From: Nitrospirota bacterium
GTDB taxonomy: Bacteria > Nitrospirota > UBA9217
Assembly: GCA_020052615.1 (NCBI GenBank)
Contig: JAGVOT010000123.1
Coordinates: 174 to 32,173, forward strand
Length of the DNA stretch: 32,000 nt
Direction of reading: 5' to 3'
The notes below the pieces were generated by a model that saw only the letters and a list, made by a program, of their open reading frames with translations, did no database searches and had not been told where the DNA came from. A program made the position numbers and the translations under genes. Positions 1-7,750 of this stretch are shown piece after piece. The first letter of the stretch is position 1. Each line of letters begins with the position of its first letter.

Positions 1-2
1 CC

Positions 3-161
3 GATGTGGGCGTATTTCGCGCCGGCGGCCAGTGGGCGCTCGACGCGAACGGCACGATGACCTGGGACGCTGGTGACGCAAGTTTCCGGTTCGGCATCTC
101 CGGAGACAAGCCGGTCGCAGGCAAGAGAGCCGGTGGGATGACGGCCGGCGGCGGAATGTAG
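3..161 (+). CDS. C-terminal end of an upstream protein carrying the same repeat as the downstream S8 protease (partial at window edge)
   Basis: Frame 3 translation DVGVFRAGGQWALDANGTMTWDAGDASFRFGISGDKPVAGKRAGGMTAGGGM* ends at TAG 159-161. It closely matches the repeat unit in the 737-2830 protein. Confidence 0.75.
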   Translation, partial: DVGVFRAGGQWALDANGTMTWDAGDASFRFGISGDKPVAGKRAGGMTAGGGM

Positions 162-204
162 GAGCTTCCCACTGACGGCAGCGGCGTACTGATAATGCGA
201 TCAC

Positions 205-240
205 AAAGGGTGCGTAGATGTGTCTGCGCACCCTTTACTT
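205..240 (+). terminator. Putative intrinsic terminator
   Basis: Perfect 10-bp stem AAAGGGTGCG (205-214) / CGCACCCTTT (227-236) with a 12-nt loop, followed by T-rich ACTTTTATTT. Located just after the partial CDS. Confidence 0.75.
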
Positions 241-285
241 TTATTTGGAAAAATGCTAAGTTGTCAGATATTTAGGAGATCACTA

Positions 286-726
286 ATGAAGGTTCCGAAA
301 ACGAGCTTTATCTGCAGAACGCTGGCGATGCTCATCCTGCCGGTGCTCATGTTGGCATGCGCTGCTGCGAAGAAAACGACGGATTCCAGCGACCCCTTGG
401 CGGACCGCTGGGGTGTGAAGGTGCTGCAGGTCCGTCTGACCGCGGAAGGGCTCATGCTCGACTTCCGGTATCGGGTACTGGACGCTGAAAAGGCCGCTCC
501 CCTGAACAGCAGGGAATTCAAGCCTTACCTGATCGACGAAGCAACGGGCGCGCGGTTTCTCGTTCCCGAATCGCCCAAGGTCGGGGCGCTTCGCACCACC
601 CGTCCCCCCAAGGAAGAAAAGAACTACTTCATCATTTTCGTCAATCCGGGCAGGTACATAAAGGCCGGAAACAAGGTGACCGTCGTCATCGGCGATTTCA
701 GGGCCGAACACCTCGTCGTGGAGTGA
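286..726 (+). CDS. Putative small lipoprotein of unknown function
   Basis: ORF 220-726 with a better start at ATG 286 (AGGAG about 6 nt upstream). N-terminus has a signal peptide and lipobox-like LMLACAA. Confidence 0.65.
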   Translation: MKVPKTSFICRTLAMLILPVLMLACAAAKKTTDSSDPLADRWGVKVLQVRLTAEGLMLDFRYRVLDAEKAAPLNSREFKPYLIDEATGARFLVPESPKVGALRTTRPPKEEKNYFIIFVNPGRYIKAGNKVTVVIGDFRAEHLVVE

Positions 727-736
727 GCACAACCGT

Positions 737-2830
737 ATGATGTCCATGGTCCGAGACAACCTGCGTCGGCTTCCCGTGCTGCTGGCGGCGAGCTTGGCAT
801 TCTACTGCCTTCTGGGAGGCGTGTCCGCCCATGCCGGCGTCGTGGAGCCGCGCCTGCAGTCCTCGCTTCGAAAGCTGGTTCCCTCGGAGGAGGTTGCGGT
901 CATTATCCACCTGGGCAGGAAGGCCGCCCCGGCGGAGATCAGCGGAAGGAACAGAGGAGATCGCAGATCAAAGATCATCCGCTCCCTGCGGGAAACATCC
1001 GAGCTGTCGCAGCGATCGCTCAGGGCTCACCTGAAAGGTCGCAATGCCAAACAGGTGCATCCGCTCTGGATCGTCAACGGCATAGCGGCGAAGGTGCGGA
1101 TGGATGAGGTTGCCGCCCTGGCCTCGCTTCCCGGCGTCGAACGGGTCGTTCTCGACGCAACGGTCCATGCGACGGAGCCCGTTGTCGGAGCGCTTGCCGC
1201 TCCGGAGTGGAACCTCTCCGCAATACATGCGCCGGATCTTTGGGCCCTGGGTTTCAAGGGGCAGGGGACCGTCGTGGCGCACATGGACACGGGCGTGGAC
1301 CTTGATCACCCCGATCTTCTGGGTCGGTGGCGGGGAGGGACGAACAGCTGGTTCGACCCGCACAATCAACATCCACTAACGCCTTATGACGCCTTGGGCC
1401 ACGGAACGCAGACCATGGGGCTCATGGTGGGCGGCGATGCCGGTGGAACGACGGTCGGTGTTGCGCCCGACGCTCAGTGGATAGCCGTCAAGCTCTTCAA
1501 CGACGCGGGGGAGACGACCTACAGCATCATTCATCAGGGATTCCAGTGGCTCCTCGATCCCGACGGGGACCCGGACACCGATGACGCTCCGGACGTGGTG
1601 AACCACTCCTGGGGGCTCATCGACACGAACCATGCGTGCGTACTCGAGTTCCAGTCTGATGTGCAGGTCCTGAAAAACGCAGACATCGCCATGTCCTTTT
1701 CAGCGGGCAACGACGGCCCCTCGGCCGCGACCAGCGTCAGCCCGGCTAATTATCCCGAAAGTTTTTCCGTGGGTTCCGTGGACAGCACGAACACGGTGGC
1801 GTCTTCCAGCAGCCGCGGCCCCTCGGCATGTTTCGGGGACGTGTATCCCCTCGTGATCGCGCCGGGCGTGAATGTGCGCACAACGGACCTCTATCATCTC
1901 GGCATACCGGACGCCTACGTTGCGGTCAGCGGAACGTCCTTTGCCGCTCCCCACGTTTCGGGCGCCATGGCGCTGCTGCGAAGTGCCTTCCCCAGCGTCG
2001 GCGCCGCGAAGCTCGAACAGGCGTTCATCCGGTCGGCCTCTGACCTCGGGGTGTCCGGACCGGATAACGACTATGGGAACGGCCTCATTGACGCTGCCGG
2101 CGCATATCGGCTGCTGCTGCGGCATGACATCGGCGTCTACCGGCAGGGGGCCTGGTACCGGGATGTGAACGAGAACATGGCGTGGGACGCAGGACAGGAC
2201 GGTGTTGTTTCGTTCGGCGGAGCCGGTGATATTTCCGTGACCGGTGACTGGGACGGCGACGGCGTGACCGATGTGGGCGTATTCTTCGGCAACGGCATAT
2301 GGCGGCTGGATACCAACGGCAACGGGCTATGGGAACCCGGTGTGGATGCCGAGTTCCGGTTCGGCATCACTGGTGATATCCCCGTGACAGGTGACTGGAA
2401 TAGCGACGGCGTGACCGACGTGGGCGTGTTCCGCGGCGGTCTCTGGGCCCTCGATGCGAACGGAACAAGAACTTGGAATGCTGGGGATGTGAGCTTCCGG
2501 TTCGGCATAACGGGAGACAGCCCCGTCACCGGCGATTGGAACGGCGACAGCGTGACCGACGTAGGCGTGTTCCGCGAGAGCGGCCTCTGGGCGCTCGATG
2601 CGAACGGCACGCGAACATGGGATGCTGGGGATGTGAGCTTCCGGTTCGGCATGGCGGGAGACATCCCTGTCACCGGGGACTGGAACAGCGACGGCGTGAC
2701 CGACGCGGGCGTGTTCCGGGGGGGCGGTTACTGGTTCCTCGATACCGACGGTTCCAAGTCCTGGAACGCAGGCGACGGGGAGTTTCGGTTCGGCATGAGC
2801 GGTGACAGGCCGGTCGTCGGACGTTGGTGA
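737..2830 (+). CDS. Secreted S8 family (subtilisin-like) serine peptidase with C-terminal VCBS/FG-GAP-like repeats
   Basis: Catalytic Asp (VVAHMDTGVDLDHPDL), His (GHGTQTMG) and Ser (VSGTSFAAPHVSGAMALL) motifs. Signal peptide. C-terminal repeats of the type FGITGDIPVTGDWNSDGVTDVGVFRGG-LWALDANGTRTWNAGDVSFR. Confidence 0.93.
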   Translation: MMSMVRDNLRRLPVLLAASLAFYCLLGGVSAHAGVVEPRLQSSLRKLVPSEEVAVIIHLGRKAAPAEISGRNRGDRRSKIIRSLRETSELSQRSLRAHLKGRNAKQVHPLWIVNGIAAKVRMDEVAALASLPGVERVVLDATVHATEPVVGALAAPEWNLSAIHAPDLWALGFKGQGTVVAHMDTGVDLDHPDLLGRWRGGTNSWFDPHNQHPLTPYDALGHGTQTMGLMVGGDAGGTTVGVAPDAQWIAVKLFNDAGETTYSIIHQGFQWLLDPDGDPDTDDAPDVVNHSWGLIDTNHACVLEFQSDVQVLKNADIAMSFSAGNDGPSAATSVSPANYPESFSVGSVDSTNTVASSSSRGPSACFGDVYPLVIAPGVNVRTTDLYHLGIPDAYVAVSGTSFAAPHVSGAMALLRSAFPSVGAAKLEQAFIRSASDLGVSGPDNDYGNGLIDAAGAYRLLLRHDIGVYRQGAWYRDVNENMAWDAGQDGVVSFGGAGDISVTGDWDGDGVTDVGVFFGNGIWRLDTNGNGLWEPGVDAEFRFGITGDIPVTGDWNSDGVTDVGVFRGGLWALDANGTRTWNAGDVSFRFGITGDSPVTGDWNGDSVTDVGVFRESGLWALDANGTRTWDAGDVSFRFGMAGDIPVTGDWNSDGVTDAGVFRGGGYWFLDTDGSKSWNAGDGEFRFGMSGDRPVVGRW
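2126..2827 (+). repeat. In-gene tandem repeat region (about 47-49 aa units, about 141-147 bp)
   Basis: Successive units FGGAGDISVTGDWDGDGVTDVGVF..., FGITGDIPVTGDWNSDGVTDVGVF..., FGITGDSPVTGDWNGDSVTDVGVF..., FGMAGDIPVTGDWNSDGVTDAGVF..., FGMSGDRPVVG, plus a diverged first unit. Confidence 0.85.
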
Positions 2831-2862
2831 GCAGCACATCCTCGAGGCGAGAGTCCACTCCT

Positions 2863-4140
2863 ATGAACGAATCGTTCAACCGGCGCGTCTCCTCCAATTT
2901 CCTGTGGTCGCTCGTGAGCGAAGCAACATCGAAAGGTGTGGTGTTTGTCACCAACATCTATCTGGCGAGGGTCCTCGGCGTATCCCAGTTCGGCGTATTT
3001 GCTCTTGCCCAGACCATAACCTTCTACTTCTGGTGTGCAGCCGATCTCGGCCTGAACCTATACGGGATCCGGGAGATCGCAAAGGCACGGGAGCAGGCCC
3101 CGCAAGTGATCAATGTTCTGCTGACGCTCAGGGCGGTTTCCGGCGCCGTCGCATTCCTTCTCTACACGCTGACCATCTTCCTCGTGGACATGCCCGTACC
3201 GCGAAAGCTGGCCTTCATCGGCTGCGGCCTCTATCTGATGACCTTCGCGCTCTATACGGACTGGATCTACAAGGGGCTTGAGCGATTCAAATATATAGCA
3301 TACGGCAGTTTTCTATCGTCCGGAGCATTCTTGGTGGCGACCGTCTCTCTGGTCAGGAGCGGAAACGATCTGGTGAAGGCCTCGTTCCTCTGGTCCCTTT
3401 CTTTTCTTCTGGGGTCTGTTTCGCTGCTCTTTTTACTCTCCAGGAGCCAGGGCATACGGTTAAGGCCTGATTTCCGCTTCGACGAATGGCTTCTGCACAT
3501 CAAGAGTTCGGTGCATTTCTCGATTTCCGGCATTCTCTGGGCAATCTGCCGTTTTCTTCCCGTGGTCCTGATCGGATGGTATTACACCTCCTATGAGGTG
3601 GGGCTGTTCTCCGCTCCCTACCGCATCATCATTGCGCTGGGTGTCGCCGGCTTCATGATTCCCATGGCGTTCTATCCGGCGCTGTCGGAAATGTACCTGC
3701 GGAATCGTACTGCGTTCCTGGAGATCAACAGGAAGCTTCGGCGCATCATGTTTATCGTCGGCCTGACGGTCGGCATTGCGGGGACCGTGTACGGCGATGT
3801 GCTGATCGAGATGCTCTTCGGGGACCAGTATGCCAAGGGCGTACCGGTCTTCAGGATCCTTGTCTGGTTCATGGCCCTCTATTTTATCCGACAGGCATAT
3901 GGCAGCGCCCTCTTATCCGCAGGATTCGAACGAACCTACAACCTGGCAGCCGTGGCGGGCGTTCTTTTTGCCGCGATCGCGGGATTTCTGTTGATACCTG
4001 CACAGGGGATCATTGGAGGCGCTGTTTCGCTGCTCATCTCGGAAGCTTCAACGCTGTGCTGCATGGCGGTCATCTACCATTTCGTCATCATCAGACCTTT
4101 CCAGGCGGGGCTCCTTGCCGGGGCGGGTGCGAATGAGTAA
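2863..4140 (+). CDS. wzx: Wzx-like flippase, polysaccharide biosynthesis (MOP superfamily) membrane protein
   Basis: ORF 2824-4140, likely start ATG 2863. Multi-TM protein with N-terminus NFLWSLVSEATSKGVVFVTNIYLARVLGVSQFGVFALAQ, typical of O-antigen/teichoic acid flippases. Confidence 0.88.
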   Translation: MNESFNRRVSSNFLWSLVSEATSKGVVFVTNIYLARVLGVSQFGVFALAQTITFYFWCAADLGLNLYGIREIAKAREQAPQVINVLLTLRAVSGAVAFLLYTLTIFLVDMPVPRKLAFIGCGLYLMTFALYTDWIYKGLERFKYIAYGSFLSSGAFLVATVSLVRSGNDLVKASFLWSLSFLLGSVSLLFLLSRSQGIRLRPDFRFDEWLLHIKSSVHFSISGILWAICRFLPVVLIGWYYTSYEVGLFSAPYRIIIALGVAGFMIPMAFYPALSEMYLRNRTAFLEINRKLRRIMFIVGLTVGIAGTVYGDVLIEMLFGDQYAKGVPVFRILVWFMALYFIRQAYGSALLSAGFERTYNLAAVAGVLFAAIAGFLLIPAQGIIGGAVSLLISEASTLCCMAVIYHFVIIRPFQAGLLAGAGANE

Positions 4141-5257
4141 CATCGCCGCGGGAAAACGGCTCTGCATCCTGCTTCCTTCGCTTCACCTGGGCGGGGTGGA
4201 AAAGATGATGCTGAATCTGGCCGGAGGGATCGATCCGGAGCAGTATGGTGTCGATATTGTGGTCTTGGAGCGAAAGGGCGACCTGCTGCGCTCAGTGCCC
4301 GGCAATGTGGAAGTCTTTGCCCTATCAGGTGAAAGCGTCGGGCTCGTAAAAGCCCTTGCATGTGCGCTGGCCTTTCGCCGCTATCTCCGGACGCGCGGGC
4401 CCCGTGTCGTCATTTCAGCGAAAGAACGGGCAAATCTGCTGAACGTTCTGGCTAGGATCGCCTTCGGGGGCAGCCATAGGTCCGTTATTACCCGGCATGT
4501 GCCTCTGGACGGGAAGCTAGTTGGTCGAGATGCAACGAGAGGTGTTCGCTGGCTCTACCGGACGATCCTGGGGAAGGCGGACCGGATCATCGCCGTCTCG
4601 AGCGGCATTGCCGACGATATCCGGTCACTGCTGCCGGGGCGTGATCGCCAAAAGGTGGAGGTCATCAGCAATCCGGTCGTGGATGATTCCCTTGTGAGGA
4701 TGTCGGAAGAGGGGATCGATGAACCCTGGCTGGCGCCTGGACACGGACCGGTTATCGTAGCATCGGGAAGGTTGTCCCATCAGAAAGGCTTCGATATCCT
4801 GATCGATGCATTTGCGCAACTCAGGGAACGTCTGCAGGCGAAGCTGATCATCCTGGGCGATGGGGAACTGAAGGGCCGGTTAATGGACCAGGTGCGGAGC
4901 AGGTCGCTCGAGAGCGATATCAAACTGCTCGGCGCAGTGAAGAATCCCTATCCCTACTACCGTCGCGCTGATGTCTTTGTTCTGTCATCGCGATGGGAAG
5001 GTCAGCCGCTCGTGCTGATCGAGGCGCTCGCGCTCGGCACGCCCGTCGTCGCGACGGATTGCAGGACCGGGCCGGCGGAGATCCTTCGGCAGGGAAGGTT
5101 CGGCGCGCTGGTGCCGCCGGAAGTTGCCGCCGCGCTTGCGCAGGGAATCTACCAAACATTGAAGATGGCTGACAAAGACATTGGAGTGTTTCCCTTGGAT
5201 GAGTACCGTGTTGCGACGGCATGCAGAAGATACGAGAAGATGATGAATTCATTGTGA
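4133..5257 (+). CDS. Glycosyltransferase family 4 (GT-B)
   Basis: Start ATG 4133 overlaps the wzx stop. Motifs LHLGGVEKMMLNLAGG, GRLSHQKGFDILIDAFAQL, VFVLSSRWEGQPLVLIEALALGTPVVATDCRTGPAEIL. Confidence 0.92.
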   Translation: MSNIAAGKRLCILLPSLHLGGVEKMMLNLAGGIDPEQYGVDIVVLERKGDLLRSVPGNVEVFALSGESVGLVKALACALAFRRYLRTRGPRVVISAKERANLLNVLARIAFGGSHRSVITRHVPLDGKLVGRDATRGVRWLYRTILGKADRIIAVSSGIADDIRSLLPGRDRQKVEVISNPVVDDSLVRMSEEGIDEPWLAPGHGPVIVASGRLSHQKGFDILIDAFAQLRERLQAKLIILGDGELKGRLMDQVRSRSLESDIKLLGAVKNPYPYYRRADVFVLSSRWEGQPLVLIEALALGTPVVATDCRTGPAEILRQGRFGALVPPEVAAALAQGIYQTLKMADKDIGVFPLDEYRVATACRRYEKMMNSL

Positions 5258-5286
5258 GACACAATACCTAAGGAAAAGTATGAACA

Positions 5287-6012
5287 ATGCCTGAGATGGT
5301 CGCTGAGCCGCATAGTCTTGCGGATCAAAGGAGAAAACGCGTCGTGAAGATAAGAAACGTACCCATTCGGGACTTCCTGAAAATGCGCAAGATGAAATTA
5401 ATTCTTGCTGTTAAGCCCTATACGTTGATAACGTATGCCAGGCTGTCCGAACTATATGAGAAAGCCGTTTCCCTTGAAAAAAAGCAGATCAACGGCAGTT
5501 TTGTTGAGTGCGGCGTATGCAACGGGGGAAGTGCGGGTATCCTCTCCTGGGTTGCCAGACATAATAGGAATAGGAGAATCTGGCTCTTTGATTCATGGGA
5601 GGGAATGCCAGAGCCAACTGCAAGCGATATTTCGTCGTTCGGAGCCCTCGGGAAAAAAGGAATAGCCTTGGGAAGTGAGATCAGGACACGAGAACTGCTG
5701 TTTGGAAAACTTGCATTGAGAACTGACAATATCCGTCTGGTAAAAGGCTGGTTTAACGATACCATTATTCCGCAGAAAGAAGCCATCAGCGACATAGCTC
5801 TTCTGCACTTGGATTGTGACTGGTATGAATCGGTAAAGTACTGTTTGAATGAGTTGTATGATCGCGTTGTTCAAGGCGGCTATGTGTTCATAGACGATTA
5901 CGGAGATTGGAAGGGCTGTAAAATGGCTGTTGATGAGTTCATACGGGAGCGGGGACTGAGCGTGGAATTGATCAAGATTGATTATACGGGAGTCTTCTTA
6001 CAGAAGAAATAA
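5287..6012 (+). CDS. TylF/macrocin O-methyltransferase-like SAM-dependent methyltransferase
   Basis: Motifs SFVECGVCNGGSAGIL, WLFDSWEGMPEP, LLHLDCDWYESVKYCLNELYDRVVQGGYVFIDDYGDWKGCKMAVDEF. Confidence 0.85.
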   Translation: MPEMVAEPHSLADQRRKRVVKIRNVPIRDFLKMRKMKLILAVKPYTLITYARLSELYEKAVSLEKKQINGSFVECGVCNGGSAGILSWVARHNRNRRIWLFDSWEGMPEPTASDISSFGALGKKGIALGSEIRTRELLFGKLALRTDNIRLVKGWFNDTIIPQKEAISDIALLHLDCDWYESVKYCLNELYDRVVQGGYVFIDDYGDWKGCKMAVDEFIRERGLSVELIKIDYTGVFLQKK

Positions 6013-6068
6013 TGTCTATGGTTACCACGGTGAACCGAGAGACGCAAATGGTATCGTCCGATTGAATA

Positions 6069-6989
6069 ATGATCATGAATAGAGAACACAGACTGCCGAA
6101 TCTTATTTTGGGCGGCCCGGGAAGAACGGGCACGACATCATTGTTCGAATATCTGCTGCAGGTTTCGCAAATATGCGGGTCCCAGAAGAAAGAAACGAAT
6201 TTCTTTCTCGGCCCGCTCTATGGCAGGCCGTTATCCCCTGTTGTCGACTATGCACGGTTGTTCGATCGCTGCAAGGAACGTGACTATCGATATGTTGTTG
6301 AGTCGACCCCCTCGTATTTTCTCGGTGGACGCAAGATTGCCGAGGCAATGAGTGCAGTGCTCGGTGACTTCAAGATCGTATTTACTTTGCGCGAACCTGT
6401 CGAACGGTTTATATCGGGATACTGGCATGTAAAGAGCAAGGTGTTGCCGGGTGAGAATATGAGCATCGAGGAATATCTGGATCGCGCAATAGATATGCCC
6501 ATAGAGAAGATTCGGGAATATAACGACATAAGTTATGCGATTCTCGGTGAAGGTAGCTATGTTGATCATCTTGAACAATGGTACGAAACTGTCGGACCAG
6601 AAGCAATTCATATTATATTTTATGAGAATATGCTGAGTGATATTGATGATACCCTCCAGGGTTTGCTGCAATGGCTTGAACTCGAGGTCGACGACGCGAT
6701 AACCTTCCCCTATACGAATAAGTCGATATCGCTCCGATCTTCGACCTTGCAGAAAATTGCCGGCATGCTGAACAGGGCGGGTGAGCCTTTTTTGAGAAAG
6801 AACCAACGGATTAAGAATATCATGGGTTCTTTGTATTATCTGATAAATGCGAAGAAAGAAAGAGAAACGTGTCCGAGCAAGGTGCGAAAATATCTTGAAG
6901 GCCATTATGAGGTGCCGAATAAGAGACTCTCGGCTTTTTTAAGACAAAACGGGATAACCAACCTGCCGCAGTGGATTGTCAATGCATGA
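6069..6989 (+). CDS. Sulfotransferase family protein
   Basis: 5'-PSB-like PAPS loop GGPGRTGTTSLFEYL, 3'-PB-like FTLREPVERFISGYWH, and the C-terminal YLEGHYEVPNKRLSAFL arrangement typical of sulfotransferases. Confidence 0.88.
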   Translation: MIMNREHRLPNLILGGPGRTGTTSLFEYLLQVSQICGSQKKETNFFLGPLYGRPLSPVVDYARLFDRCKERDYRYVVESTPSYFLGGRKIAEAMSAVLGDFKIVFTLREPVERFISGYWHVKSKVLPGENMSIEEYLDRAIDMPIEKIREYNDISYAILGEGSYVDHLEQWYETVGPEAIHIIFYENMLSDIDDTLQGLLQWLELEVDDAITFPYTNKSISLRSSTLQKIAGMLNRAGEPFLRKNQRIKNIMGSLYYLINAKKERETCPSKVRKYLEGHYEVPNKRLSAFLRQNGITNLPQWIVNA

Positions 6990-7750
6990 TATCCATGAAA
7001 GAAATGAACATGGCGAGAAAAAAAGTACTCGGAACTTCTTTTGACAGTATAGGAATGGCCGCGCTATTAAAGTCCGTGGATGAGGACATTCAACGGGGTA
7101 TTCGGTTCAGGATCGCTTTTATTAACCCGGAGTTTGTCGTTGAAGCGAGGGCGAATCCAAGATTGTCACGTTATCTGGAAACCTGCAGGTACAATCTGCC
7201 GGATGGGGTGGGGATTCTTTGGGCGTACAAACAACTTCATTCTCAGAAAATGCCGGAACGAGTTACCGGCACGGATTTCGTGCCGTCTGTTTGCCGGCTG
7301 GCGAGCGCAAGAGAGTACGCGCTCTTTTTTCTGGGCGGGGCACAGGGTGTGGCGGAAAAGGCTAAGCACACATTGGAAAAGATGGTCCCCGGGGTAAAGA
7401 TCGTCGGGGTCATGCACGGATATGATGAAAATTCTGAAGATATCGTAGGCATGATCAATAGGAGCGGCGCGGATATCCTCATGGTATGCACGGGCAATCC
7501 CCGCCAGGAGGAGTGGATCGAACGGCATTTTGAACGTCTGACGGCCAAGATGGTGTTCGGCAACGGCGGGGCACTGGATTTCTGGTCAGGGGCTGCAAAA
7601 CGAGCTCCCCAGTGGATGATCGGGCTGAACCTGGAGTGGCTGTACCGTCTGATGCAGGACAGAAGCTGGAAACGGCTGCGAAGGCAATTGCGGCTCTTGA
7701 CCTTTGTCCGGCTGGTCCTGATAGAGAAAGTGATGGCACGGAACCCATGA
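6986..7750 (+). CDS. WecG/TagA/CpsF family glycosyltransferase (GT26)
   Basis: Motifs INPEFVVEARANPRLSRYL, NLPDGVGILWAYK, RVTGTDFVPSVC, FFLGGAQGVAEKA, VCTGNPRQEEWIERHF, VFGNGGALDFWSGAAKRAPQWMIGLNLEWLYRL. Confidence 0.93.
   Translation: MISMKEMNMARKKVLGTSFDSIGMAALLKSVDEDIQRGIRFRIAFINPEFVVEARANPRLSRYLETCRYNLPDGVGILWAYKQLHSQKMPERVTGTDFVPSVCRLASAREYALFFLGGAQGVAEKAKHTLEKMVPGVKIVGVMHGYDENSEDIVGMINRSGADILMVCTGNPRQEEWIERHFERLTAKMVFGNGGALDFWSGAAKRAPQWMIGLNLEWLYRLMQDRSWKRLRRQLRLLTFVRLVLIEKVMARNP

Noticed and set aside
2213-2827. Tandem repeats considered as a CRISPR-like or mobile repeat array
   Set aside because: The repeats have a period of about 141-147 bp, are in frame and encode a conserved protein motif, so this is a protein repeat domain and not a CRISPR array.
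5281-5295. Tiny ORF ATGAACAATGCCTGA just before the TylF-like gene, considered as a leader peptide
   Set aside because: Only 4 codons with no attenuator-like structure seen. Likely chance.
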